DNA of 64,000 bases. It comes from Candidatus Uhrbacteria bacterium. Lineage in GTDB: Bacteria > Patescibacteriota > Patescibacteriia > JACPHY01. This document shows positions 20,001-27,307 of the stretch, in pieces (the first letter of the stretch is position 1; every line of letters starts with the position of its first letter). The position numbers and the translations under genes were made by a program. The stretch is from positions 596 through 64,595 of the forward strand of contig JACPHY010000002.1 in the NCBI GenBank assembly GCA_016188355.1. Reading direction: 5' to 3'. The notes below the pieces were generated by a model. The model did no database searches and was not told the origin of the DNA. It was given only the letters and a program-made list of their open reading frames with translations.

Positions 20001-22014
20001 CCGCTCCAAAATGCTCACCGCGAATGGTCACGTACTGTCCGAATCCACCGCGACGAGGAGTGATCTCCTGAATGCGCGGAATGATCGGTTCCGGATCGCG
20101 AGTGAACCGAACGGCATTGGATGTCTTGGTGCCATTCGCCACACGAACCTCCACCAGTCCCTCGGCGATCACCGGGACGCGCACCTGAATCGCCGTGGCG
20201 CTCCATGCCGACGTCTCCGCAGCGAGATCACCAAAATACACGGCGTCCTCTGCTCCCCGCGTCGCACCAAACTGCACACCCGATACCGCAATCACCGCAC
20301 CCAATTGCCCGTGTCCCGGATCCAATGCGCATAGCCCCGGTCGCTGCGTGGTGTTCCTCCGAAAATCCTCAATGGTCGATCCACGCGCATCGTCCGTGCG
20401 ATCACGGAATGCGGGTATATCGGAAGTCACGACCTGTAGTGGACCGTTCGGTGCATTTTGCGGAACCACCACAATCACCTGCGTGTCCGACCATGCGGAG
20501 CTGCAGGACGGCGGCAGTGATGCGGTCACATCATCCGCATCGCCATCTTGCCCGAGGAACACGATACTCCCCGGCACCGTACCAAATCCGCTCCCACGGA
20601 TGGTGAGGTAGTTCCCCGGAGCACCGTTTGGCGCAACGATCAATTCGGTGCCCGCGGGCGCATCTTCTCGCCGCGCAAACGTTTCTCCCGTTGTTCGGCT
20701 CACGAGCGCTTGCGGGGAGACATCGGTAATGAGCGGTCCGTCGTCACAACGGCAGGAGGCGGTATGACACCGGAGTCCTTGCGTGCAGGATCCTGGCTCA
20801 CACTGTTCGGTTGCCGCGTTCGCATCGCATCGCGCACCGATACCTGACGGTCCTGGACCCACCGCACAGGCGTCGGCGAGCAAGCACTGACCCGTCGAAC
20901 AACAGGCCGACTGTGTACACTGCGCGTTCGCGCTGCAGGTAACGGTAAACGGATAACCATTCGAGGACTGCGCGCCGCGCACCACGCGAATCTCGCCACT
21001 CAACGCGCCAGTTGGCACATTTACCGTTATGTTGGTCGCCGACCACGTCACCACCGATGTCGCATCGATGCCCCCGCCAAATTGCACATTTCCTTCCCCT
21101 CGCGTCTCCCCGAAGAGCTTCCCCTCCATCGTCACCACAGTCCCCTCCGGTCCCTCGAGCGGCGTCAAGCAGGCAATTTGTGGACCAAGGATTTCTGTAT
21201 TCACCTGGAAATTCACCGTCCCGGAAGACAGGGCACCACCAGCGGCGGTCACTACCACCCCATATGAACGCCCTGATGGCAACGTCGGAACCTCTACCAC
21301 AATCAAATTATCCGACCAATTCGGCACCCCACTGCAGGCAACCACCGGTGCCACCGTGCCTCCGATACGCACCGCAGATTGTCCGTCCACGAAGGACCCG
21401 AAACGGAACCCACGGACAGTAACGTACGATCCGACCGGACCACTCACCGGGGTCACACTGCACACGTGGGGCGCGGTACCACCGGGATCACGGCATCCCG
21501 CAAGACGATTGCCCTGCGGGGGAAGCGTATTGTCCCCGGGAGGACCCGCGAACATCACTCCTCCGGACGTTCCGGTCGCCTGCTGCAATCTTCCCAAGAC
21601 GAAATGGGCAATGCTGAAGGACATGAGGATGATGGCGAGGCCAATCACCCCATTCGTGATCGTTCGTTTCGCGCGGACCACTTTCTCCTCATTCCCGCTC
21701 GCGGTCATCCAGAGGAAACCGCCGGTGAGCATGATGCCAACCGCAATGATGCCGAGGAAGCCGAGGAAGGCGCGAATGATCTTTGCGATGGTGATGCGGA
21801 TGTCTTGTACGGCAAGACCGGTCGCCGTTCCGTAATCAATGCCAGTATTCACCTGTGCCACAACCGGTGACGCGGCAACGCACCACACCAACACGAGCGC
21901 GACCGGGAACGCCCATCGTCGCACATTGCGCCACGTGAACGCGCGCCGAAGAAGTCGGCGAGCGCGCAATGCAGCGAGGAGATGAAGCACAGTACGCATG
22001 CGAGTCATGATCAT
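11068..22014 (-). CDS. Giant secreted/surface protein (~3650 aa): signal peptide, VirB2/TrbC-pilin-like two-helix N-terminal module, multiple IPT/TIG domains, many Myxococcus-type cysteine-rich repeats (CGDG...GEECD)
   Basis: Single uninterrupted ORF; probable start at ATG 22014 (MIMTRM...), 2 nt after the upstream gene stop; repeated CGDGI/CGNGQ...E(E/Q)CD motifs; VTPVSGPVGSYVTVRGFRFG-type IPT units. Confidence 0.7.
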   Translation of the reverse strand: MIMTRMRTVLHLLAALRARRLLRRAFTWRNVRRWAFPVALVLVWCVAASPVVAQVNTGIDYGTATGLAVQDIRITIAKIIRAFLGFLGIIAVGIMLTGGFLWMTASGNEEKVVRAKRTITNGVIGLAIILMSFSIAHFVLGRLQQATGTSGGVMFAGPPGDNTLPPQGNRLAGCRDPGGTAPHVCSVTPVSGPVGSYVTVRGFRFGSFVDGQSAVRIGGTVAPVVACSGVPNWSDNLIVVEVPTLPSGRSYGVVVTAAGGALSSGTVNFQVNTEILGPQIACLTPLEGPEGTVVTMEGKLFGETRGEGNVQFGGGIDATSVVTWSATNITVNVPTGALSGEIRVVRGAQSSNGYPFTVTCSANAQCTQSACCSTGQCLLADACAVGPGPSGIGARCDANAATEQCEPGSCTQGLRCHTASCRCDDGPLITDVSPQALVSRTTGETFARREDAPAGTELIVAPNGAPGNYLTIRGSGFGTVPGSIVFLGQDGDADDVTASLPPSCSSAWSDTQVIVVVPQNAPNGPLQVVTSDIPAFRDRTDDARGSTIEDFRRNTTQRPGLCALDPGHGQLGAVIAVSGVQFGATRGAEDAVYFGDLAAETSAWSATAIQVRVPVIAEGLVEVRVANGTKTSNAVRFTRDPEPIIPRIQEITPRRGGFGQYVTIRGEHFGAEMGRITFTRGTERYDIVPRFPDACRQDWWRANEITIRIPANREEWAPVGQSPPPSDFSALGQFEIRVHPRGTDVASNAVPFTVTTDPATPGICAIAPHRGPARTPVTIVGERFGSAAGTMRFHDQVIVGASDRDQFAWTEQKIQGILVPILAKTGPFRLWVTGENPDAPTATNRGSNPVQFEVRDCRAGGTANACPSGQICCGNGTCVASGTRCESEPNVGAYQWTFATGAVPRVPRVVESCGAFSPSPWDQQGTGGSACTNANVRVQFSMSMGDPTSSSEFLSAGAARGIQVFRCAGGRNVATDFGGGFERATDVTAWTALDPQHVQATFINTEDTAAHGGTGVLRLTKRTAAVADSVAYRRQPVAVGLPRDATVDRIAYAIEAPASLVTDTGGTTYTARVMVRGRNAQRNPNARVGIVIGRAGGPNVTDAGWWQQSAREVVLENTWQELATSITFDRGPNAVASGFVRIYLTAPAPDAEQGSDEVYAADLDDLEVVRQGDACVIREFATTGAVTVSDAGGRTNHRGNIVNVAPPNGGWSPGATYEVVVYGSDTLEQIGATTASKLALRSAGAQQLALDGDGDGQEGGNYRFRFQTRASAEPCAVREILMTPQSAVATQRVEPGATPQQVLSATQSADLPSLVHISAAGVNDPTTCTTLALERVDAWRVVQPPSPPAVAGRSYVAGDVDGSGRWCAVESECGVIPCVQDAQCASLGATCDTGAGHCRTNFCGTNRRCENLPTTITARAHWETPTQPVRVQAIVAAGNREVSGVSDVAVRFERPRVTRVIPTESCQEACTNTVVAAVTNVPLAASAAFEVRMYQCAQENCRRDALTAEIPLGPANVQVCPARESGGNDPCAGTRVTEEPHLRISPPELGENTPYRVLLTSEVTSAWGVPLEGLNFDSDGDGSLDARSWIFRTRGGRCEVQKVETIPAALTFSVVGERAWVTAVPTSAPDRCAPEGQPLRADSLPWGWSIRDIAVAGFTTVTTAGTFAAPGAPTETTLTRTTIAASSACTLQCLPTGSVRITGICGNGLRELGEECEAEATGFPSSCNPENCLLRGARPVARGGTCGDGDIDAGEECDLQNNTMPAWCDPASCLRLGARAGGSRCGTPVTPGRPAEPLGDGEDCDDGNTENGDGCSSQCLHEGTRPQYDPVRAPNGVLARCGDGIVADGRGGRVAGGEECDWHDDPRSVWVSQGCDFEHCIFTGTRSIVDTPPGTCGNGQLDRGEQCDNGAVGVCAPGSRAGRTCASDGDCGGASCVERQPVSGDGCSARCLFEGASIAWRDPVSGAPHPALCGDGIAFDGSGGRPFGGEQCDGGNVADPPDPAQIVQAVGGGVADAEGMQSTELIAGVRGADGRVAIQLQCGYSRDTQCLTPAVNGVDRSGCCRARPAIVSGSEMPDPGATNICINAVVTARFTERMDPASVGIVVDAVTSASTYRGAILEHCPSGRVCTLDSDANWRPVEATPILREVQEEDRVVSELIFETPKGLVPSRLHRVRFFGAADEDAAGKPIALRSMDGVRFGGAAWTFMVGGRYCTIETLQMQPASYLFQRVGQRMDFPFSVSPMGRLPSGKLQLVGPVAGSYEWRYQWQSTASDVADIDPTSPGRCNDGPHASCFFHPAAAVKNGQGLALAQLDITVNTINAPAGPFSARAPFRVFLCENPWPAVTNAATWQPYPAMGQCVSGSMRANVCTANSDCMNGFTCVGADPSPLTDEHISFAYCRDAGTRKVCRAPGTIEPVDARSCGSDAECMAPLKCLLALRDDLPAIAPNVVARQIAGVQSGNGRDELRKEFFFLPRGASYCSESGDRCEPDVPGTCPPGQFCRSGQDALGLRLYENEGHVRADRWFQQQGFTDANTPITVDGSRGVRAGRSTYLHVPNVRAGSVFTNLAVLSFNDGAVAETQEVLQQILEGIRFATNLSDQNVRMCVPQGIVAAGAIFGRCTTSGAACARDLDCGTAGGTCAGISCTSDLDCRVGTAQGSCRAPKDKLMRDVQRMEDLVELREVVQRFQRRCTITPRSCAADGDCPAGEQCMALGPDLNAGTFIPGMSVSRWPSWQQELGAQLGSTLPSDPLNQFGGRCTSIRRCGGVGPDCVNDAACAAQPEGQRRCEEDRLFDPQTCWSERAGTYSCPAGSYVYQYRRLADGTTELGSQLEVVAGSSIVPALRTGIRVDGGICATPNGTTYGASGRCGDGIQQAGEACERGQVGTEERTEDGRRQSRHRTCSVTCQWSDWSAWSSQCGNAIVDAGEQCDVGPRGGRVPAAGGTAPGITSGTAYECSPNCTWRMSGPATYMRCGDEIIQAAYGEQCDGPANRATTPSASSAQSQYACTAADAPRPCRATGGYCGDREIQTANQEQCDGDESRSCVVENNGNLQWVGWTGSQWANSSGGWRSYGDGSTPSTITLRGTIRSQNGGAGDVKLLLVTQNVESSGGDPGTVSREVMEASLRPEQVLSDLNPTGTRGGRGVYHRIRVALDGNAVGTIWALASSQLQHNELVLRGVASGTTDTPHQITLTWDNDWNNGGSAWACQNDRTRRFATQESCAAASPTCGSGGCIRDYYDANLRIERVAFEATQVRTCGAPQTPNACKVLDANGSATNGAPNAGWGACQVASARCGNGVVEDGREGRADFGEQCDDGGRGRCINDPQRVCRSHAECGSGGVCDRDADACTSQCKHNVCGDGAVLASTCVAGDAGKLGQPCRSSTECGRNGRCAAEQCDVGVGNWRAACSGAQDAQCVPNARCAYGRTCNYCLTNTCTVATKRGGFCGDGIKQDGANGPEACDIAAADRATSPWNGPLCSLTCTSQCPGAFDRVTADFGATGIDPSRGTAVANGAELPIRLPAARLYDTLTFDVLLEEGVPDATLVLRELGAGGAELGRVGIAPTDAVRPKLMERQQIVLRKPVNVPGAAGYSSTRTPTDTLGRFGSSRPLELILVPQFTASGSVVRHVRISQPATFQCSGPPYPPSP

Positions 22015-22016
22015 CG

Positions 22017-24260
22017 TTACGGAATGGGTGCGCAGTTCGTTATTGCACCCACGCACCGCTCGCCACCCCGTACCCCACGTGGTCCACGGGGATTCTCCGC
22101 GACGGTAAAGAAGCAATTCTGGTAGAGGTCGCGCGCATTCGATCCCGCACGTACGCGGTACTCCGGAATATCGAGACCCGACTGCTGCTCCCGGAGATCC
22201 GCATGGCGGATCACCGCACGGGTCGCATCAGTCACATCATCCACATCGCGCGTCGTATCCTCGTGCTGCATATCCGATGTATGCCAGAGGCACCCGCGTC
22301 CCGTAGCAGGATCACATCCATTCCCTCCTCCGGTCATTTCCTCCAGATGCAATTCACTCGCGAGATTCCCGCTCATGAGCTTCGAGAAGAGCACCTCCAC
22401 CGGTGCAAATGCAGATACTTCATCCACCAGCTGTAGCGAAGCGCCGGAATCGGCCTGATCGTACACCCGACGGGATCGATCTGAGCGATTGAAATGGACC
22501 ACCTGGACGATCTCGGGAGCGGTGAGGTCCAGCCGATCGTTGGTGAAGAATGTCCACTGCGCACTATCCGAGGTAGATTGATTCACCGCAGCCGAACCCT
22601 TGATTGTAAAACAGGGCGATGTCGACGGGCACATCGGCGCTCCCGGACCCGTGGCTTTGGTGTCCATGTTCCCATCGAGTGAATTGCCTGCCGCGTCCAT
22701 GACTCCGGAGAAGGGCAATCCCGCAGGACCTCCCGCATCCAATCGCGCCGCCTCAATCAGCGCACGCAATTCCGCGTTCTTCGGAAGGCAATACACCGTT
22801 CCCCCACACGAATTCTCTCCGCATGCCGCATCGGTCGTGAATTCTACGGTTTTATATTGATTGCTGATCGTAAACGTACCCGGTACCCGCCGTCCCTGCT
22901 CCGTCACCGCGAGATAGCGAAATCCACGTAATGCATCGGGTGATCCTGTGGGGCCGATATCTGCAGCGGTGACGACACCCGAGGTCACGGTCGGATCCAT
23001 AGCCTCATCGAAATTCACCTGCACCACCACATTGATGGGCTGGTCGGGCACTCCGACAACATCGCCCGATACATCGCGCCCTCCATCAGGAAATGGCACC
23101 ACGCTCTGCACCTGCGGAGACCTATCATCCGTATGGATGGTCACCGTGAAATCCCAAGTGTACCCATCGCGGAACGCGCCAGTGAACATGTCTTCCGGGG
23201 TGCCGTCTCCCCGTCGCGTCGTCTTCTTGATGACATTGGTGAGCCGCACCACATAGGCGGTGGGCTGCGACGCATTCCCCAGCAGCTGTCGCTCTGCTGC
23301 TCCCGTTTGGCTATTCGTACGAACCCGCAGCACATCGCCCACCACCTCCGTGGCGACCGGCGTCAACACAATGGTTCGCCCATCCGGGGACATCGCTACA
23401 CCGACGGGCACCAAATTTGCCGCAGCGGCAGTGAACTCTGCCAATCGCGACTCCCGTGCCTGCGGAGTGAGCTTCGTGGGGTCCACATTGGCGCCCACCG
23501 GGGACACCTGAATCGCCTCCGGAAGCGCAAGATCGCGATAATTATCAAACTGCCGCACATCATCGCCGGATGTGCCGAGCGAATCCGGATTTCCCGGACT
23601 CTGATACGTATTCGCGATAAAGGTCGCGGGATCCACTGGCGATCGAAAGGTCACAAAAATACGCACATTGCGCGGCGCATCCCCCTGTCCGCGCGCGGGG
23701 TAATGACTCTCAATCGGCCCCGCACCCAATGCACCGGATAGCGCTACGGAATCTCCAAATCCTCCGGCTGTTCGTACACCTCCTCCCCCACCCGCTGCCT
23801 CCTGCAATCTCCCCAAGACGAAATGGGCGATACTGAAGGACATGAGGATGATGGCGAGGCCAATCACCCCGTTCATGATCGTTCGTTTCGCGCGGACCAC
23901 CTTCTCCTCATTCCCTCCAGCGGTCATCCAGAGGAATCCACCCGTGAGCGTGATGCCAATCGCAATCACCCCGAGGAAGCCGAGGAAGGCGCGAATGATC
24001 TTTGCAATCGTGACCCGGATGTCTTGCGTGGCGAGGCCGGTGGCGGAGCCGAAATTCAGTCCTTCCTGCACCGTCGATCCGGCATCTGCCGCCCAAACAC
24101 CCACCGGAATCCACACCACAACCGCCATGCCTACCGCGCACGCCAGCGCCAGTCCCGAGCGAGGAACGGCAAACAACCGCCGGGACCATACGGCCGCCCG
24201 CGATCGCCAACCGACTACCCCAGAAGAAGCGTGCGATGTGCCGAACTGCAAAACAGGCAT
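22017..24260 (-). CDS. Large (747-aa) secreted protein paralog sharing the same N-terminal signal peptide plus two-helix module as the giant protein; translationally coupled to it
   Basis: Residues ~74-155 are ~90% identical to residues ~97-180 of the giant protein; stop TAA 22019-22017 followed by the giant gene ATG. Confidence 0.65.
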   Translation of the reverse strand: MPVLQFGTSHASSGVVGWRSRAAVWSRRLFAVPRSGLALACAVGMAVVVWIPVGVWAADAGSTVQEGLNFGSATGLATQDIRVTIAKIIRAFLGFLGVIAIGITLTGGFLWMTAGGNEEKVVRAKRTIMNGVIGLAIILMSFSIAHFVLGRLQEAAGGGGGVRTAGGFGDSVALSGALGAGPIESHYPARGQGDAPRNVRIFVTFRSPVDPATFIANTYQSPGNPDSLGTSGDDVRQFDNYRDLALPEAIQVSPVGANVDPTKLTPQARESRLAEFTAAAANLVPVGVAMSPDGRTIVLTPVATEVVGDVLRVRTNSQTGAAERQLLGNASQPTAYVVRLTNVIKKTTRRGDGTPEDMFTGAFRDGYTWDFTVTIHTDDRSPQVQSVVPFPDGGRDVSGDVVGVPDQPINVVVQVNFDEAMDPTVTSGVVTAADIGPTGSPDALRGFRYLAVTEQGRRVPGTFTISNQYKTVEFTTDAACGENSCGGTVYCLPKNAELRALIEAARLDAGGPAGLPFSGVMDAAGNSLDGNMDTKATGPGAPMCPSTSPCFTIKGSAAVNQSTSDSAQWTFFTNDRLDLTAPEIVQVVHFNRSDRSRRVYDQADSGASLQLVDEVSAFAPVEVLFSKLMSGNLASELHLEEMTGGGNGCDPATGRGCLWHTSDMQHEDTTRDVDDVTDATRAVIRHADLREQQSGLDIPEYRVRAGSNARDLYQNCFFTVAENPRGPRGVRGGERCVGAITNCAPIP

Positions 24261-24300
24261 GTGGATAGCTCACGCACCGCTCTTCTAGTGTATCACGCAT

Positions 24301-24332
24301 GCGCGCTCTGATCCGTGTGGATCAGAGCGCGC
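24301..24332. terminator. Perfect 14-bp GC-rich hairpin (gcgcgctctgatcc gtgt ggatcagagcgcgc) between yqeY and the upstream large-protein gene
   Basis: Inverted repeat read in the sequence; lies downstream of the yqeY stop on the minus strand. Confidence 0.45.
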
Positions 24333-24353
24333 CCCTCGTCTCGAGGTCCTGCA

Positions 24354-24800
24354 TCAGCCGCGCAGCACCTCTTCGACCATCTTCCGAACCGTATTACCAT
24401 CCGCCTTTCCTTGGAGCTCCTTCATTGCCGATCCCATGAGCGGTCCCACCTGCGTGGATCCCGTACGCGCGTGCACCGCAACCACGACGGCGCGAATTTC
24501 TTCTTCGGAAAGCTGCGACGGCAAACAGCGCTCCACGATCACCAATTCGGATTCCGCGGCGGCTGCAAGATCATCACGATGTCCTGCACGATATTCGGTG
24601 ATCGCCTCTCGCAACTGCTTCGCATGGCGCTGCGCTGCCGCCAGCGCGCCCGCGTCATCCAGCTCCTTCCCCGCACCCCGTGCCGCAATCTCCGCATTCG
24701 CCAACGTACTCTTCAACATGCGGAGCGCTCCCACCGCGGTTGCATCCTTCGATTTCATGGCAGCCACCAACTCATCCTGCACTTGACGCATGAGTGACAT
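24354..24800 (-). CDS. yqeY: GatB/YqeY-domain protein
   Basis: MSLMRQVQDELVAAMKSKD...LRMLKS pattern typical of the YqeY family. Confidence 0.7.
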   Translation of the reverse strand: MSLMRQVQDELVAAMKSKDATAVGALRMLKSTLANAEIAARGAGKELDDAGALAAAQRHAKQLREAITEYRAGHRDDLAAAAESELVIVERCLPSQLSEEEIRAVVVAVHARTGSTQVGPLMGSAMKELQGKADGNTVRKMVEEVLRG

Positions 24801-24811
24801 AAGGAATCAAG

Positions 24812-24848
24812 CAAGCCGCGCGTCCCGATGCTTCGGACGCGCGGCTTG
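24812..24848 (-). terminator. Perfect 14-bp hairpin (caagccgcgcgtcc...ggacgcgcggcttg) downstream of rpsU
   Basis: Inverted repeat followed on the minus strand by CTTGATTCCTT. Confidence 0.5.
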
Positions 24849-24856
24849 CGAAGGAC

Positions 24857-25114
24857 TTACCGCCGTCGCCGCTTCGCTTTCATCTTCTCGAGCTCCTCCT
24901 CCAACTTCCCAATCTTCTCGAGGTACCCAAGATAACTCCGACGATACGCACGCGTGACCGCGGCAGCACGATCCACCGCCTTCGAAGTGCGGCGACGATG
25001 AAAACGAATCTTCTTTGCTTGGAGCAATCGGCCGCTCATCTGCACCTTGCGGCCAAATCGGCGGAGCAATCCATCAAAGGACTCCCCTCGCCGTCGATGT
25101 ACATCTACACCCAT
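24857..25114 (-). CDS. rpsU: 30S ribosomal protein S21
   Basis: ESFDGLLRRFGRK...SGRL...R.F..RRT pattern matching the S21 family; start at the internal ATG 25114. Confidence 0.7.
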   Translation of the reverse strand: MGVDVHRRRGESFDGLLRRFGRKVQMSGRLLQAKKIRFHRRRTSKAVDRAAAVTRAYRRSYLGYLEKIGKLEEELEKMKAKRRRR

Positions 25115-25336
25115 ACCTGGGAGATCAAGAACTGAAGGACGTAAGAACCGAGAATGCAAAAACGAAAGAACTAAAGGACGCAAAGACCGAAGAGCGCCAA
25201 AACATCCACCTCCGCTCCAGGCTTGCATTCTTTAGTCGTTTGGACACTGCGACTACTCTAGGGGAAGCAAAAACGCCCGTCAAATGCCACGCTTCTTGCT
25301 CCCCACTTCGCGAAGCGCTTCGCGGGACAGGCCTCA

Positions 25337-25675
25337 TTACGCCATGGCACCCAACCGCTTTCCCCCGAGGAGGTGGAGATGCAGGTGCGCGACTTCTTGG
25401 CCACCATCCTGTCCGCAATTGATCACGAGGCGATAACCACCCGGCGCAATCCCCTGCGCCTGTGCGATGGTGCGCGCGGCACCAATGAGATCCCCCATGA
25501 GCTTCGCATCCGTATCCATCAACTCCCGCACGGAAGGAATATGACGCTTCGGAATGAGGAGGATATGGAACGGTGCTCGCGGATGGAGATCGTCGAACGC
25601 CACCAAATCCGCCGTTTCATGTCGGATCGTTGCGGGTATCTCCTGCGCGACAATGCGACAGAACACACAGTCCAT
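25337..25675 (-). CDS. HIT-family (histidine triad) nucleotide-binding protein
   Basis: HLHLHLLGG histidine-triad motif. Confidence 0.85.
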   Translation of the reverse strand: MDCVFCRIVAQEIPATIRHETADLVAFDDLHPRAPFHILLIPKRHIPSVRELMDTDAKLMGDLIGAARTIAQAQGIAPGGYRLVINCGQDGGQEVAHLHLHLLGGKRLGAMA

Positions 25676-25684
25676 AGAAACGTA

Positions 25685-27298
25685 TTACTCCTCTTCTGTT
25701 TCGGCGGCAGGATCCGCCGGAGTTTCTTCTTCCGCGGGAGCCTCTTCCGGAGGCTCTTCGAATTCCGCGTCTTCCTCGGGCAACGGACGCCGACGCCAAC
25801 GCGCCCCCCGCTCCTGTTCCGGCGCTCCCTCCGTAACCTCCGACGGTACTACCTCGGTCTTTGATTCACGCACCGCTTCTTGCTCGAGACGTTTCCGCAC
25901 TTCCGGAACTACTTTTTCGTACGCGATAATTTCCTGAATACCCGACGACATTTCCCGAATGATGATCGTGCCGTCAATCACCTCTTTCTGTCCGAGGATG
26001 AGTGTGAGGCGCGTATTGAGCGCATTGGCATACTCGAGCTGTGCCTTCAACGCATCCTTCGAGAAATGCGCCGCCACCGTGAACTGCTGCGCGAGCAGTT
26101 CTTCATACAGTCGCATAGCCTTCCGCTTCGCCTGATCACCGAGCTGCGCAAGATAAATCGCCGGTGTGGGAAATGCGGGTGCAACGAGACGCCCCTCACT
26201 CACCGCTTCACGCATCTTATACATGATGCGATCACAGCCAAACGAAAGTCCGGTCGCCGGCGTGGGCCGTCCTCCCAACGATTCCACCAAACCATCGTAC
26301 CGGCCTCCCGCAGCAAGCGCGAGCGGCGATGCGCTCACCGGGGTACCATCCGGAGCAACCGGCAAAAACTCAAACACCGTTTTCGTATAATACGCAAATC
26401 CACGCACTAAGAACGGCGCCAGTGCGTACGGAATCTCGAGTTCATCCAAATACTCGAGCACACGGATGAAGTGCTGCTTGCACTCCTCGCACAGCCAATC
26501 AACCATCTGTGGCGCACTCTCCTGCAGTGCACGGCACCCGTCCACACGACACGAAAAACAGCGAAGCGGCTGCGTGCCCATGTACTGCTTGCACTCCTCA
26601 CAGAGTTCCGTCCGATGCGTCTTCCAGTATCCTTCCAATTCCTGGAGATACGGCGGACGGCACACCCGACATCCCACTGAGTTCACCTGTACCGTAATGG
26701 GAATGCCCAATCGCCGAAAACAATTTGCGCCAATCGTCAGGAGCTCCGCATCGGTGGCCGGGTGCAATTCACCTAAAATCTCCAAACCAAATTGATGGAA
26801 CTGACGCAATCGACCTGCTTGAGGACGATCAAAACGAAACATGGGACCGAAGTACCACAACTTGATCGGCTGCGGCTGATTCGCCATGCCGTGCTCGATG
26901 TACGCCCGTGCCACGCCCGCCGTCCCCTCCGGACGCAATGCCACCGCGCCCTGCTCGGGGTCGGTAAACGCGTACAATTCCTTCGCTACCACCTCCGATT
27001 GCTCTCCGATCGCGCGATGGAAAAGCGCGGGGTCCTCGATAACGGGCGTATCAATGCGCGAGAATCCGTACTGCTGCGCAATGGTTTCCACGAGCGAACG
27101 GAGATGCGCCCAGTACGCCTGCTCTGAGGGGAGAATGTCTTTCACGCCTCGGAGGAGTTCCACTGCGGCTGCGCGCGGCGCCTCTGCGGATATCGCAACC
27201 ACGGGTTTCTCAGGAACGCTCATTTTCGTTTCTTTCGATGCCGGTGCAGGAGATTTGGGAGATTTCATGCGTGCAGAAGCCATGTAAGTGAACGTCAT
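25685..27298 (-). CDS. hisS: Histidyl-tRNA synthetase with a Cys-rich (multi-CxxC) insertion and an acidic C-terminal tail
   Basis: Class II aaRS motifs; HisRS-type anticodon-binding domain; GRYDGL motif; N-terminal start uncertain (possible internal Met). Confidence 0.9.
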   Translation of the reverse strand: MTFTYMASARMKSPKSPAPASKETKMSVPEKPVVAISAEAPRAAAVELLRGVKDILPSEQAYWAHLRSLVETIAQQYGFSRIDTPVIEDPALFHRAIGEQSEVVAKELYAFTDPEQGAVALRPEGTAGVARAYIEHGMANQPQPIKLWYFGPMFRFDRPQAGRLRQFHQFGLEILGELHPATDAELLTIGANCFRRLGIPITVQVNSVGCRVCRPPYLQELEGYWKTHRTELCEECKQYMGTQPLRCFSCRVDGCRALQESAPQMVDWLCEECKQHFIRVLEYLDELEIPYALAPFLVRGFAYYTKTVFEFLPVAPDGTPVSASPLALAAGGRYDGLVESLGGRPTPATGLSFGCDRIMYKMREAVSEGRLVAPAFPTPAIYLAQLGDQAKRKAMRLYEELLAQQFTVAAHFSKDALKAQLEYANALNTRLTLILGQKEVIDGTIIIREMSSGIQEIIAYEKVVPEVRKRLEQEAVRESKTEVVPSEVTEGAPEQERGARWRRRPLPEEDAEFEEPPEEAPAEEETPADPAAETEEE

Positions 27299-27307
27299 GA
27301 ACGGCAG

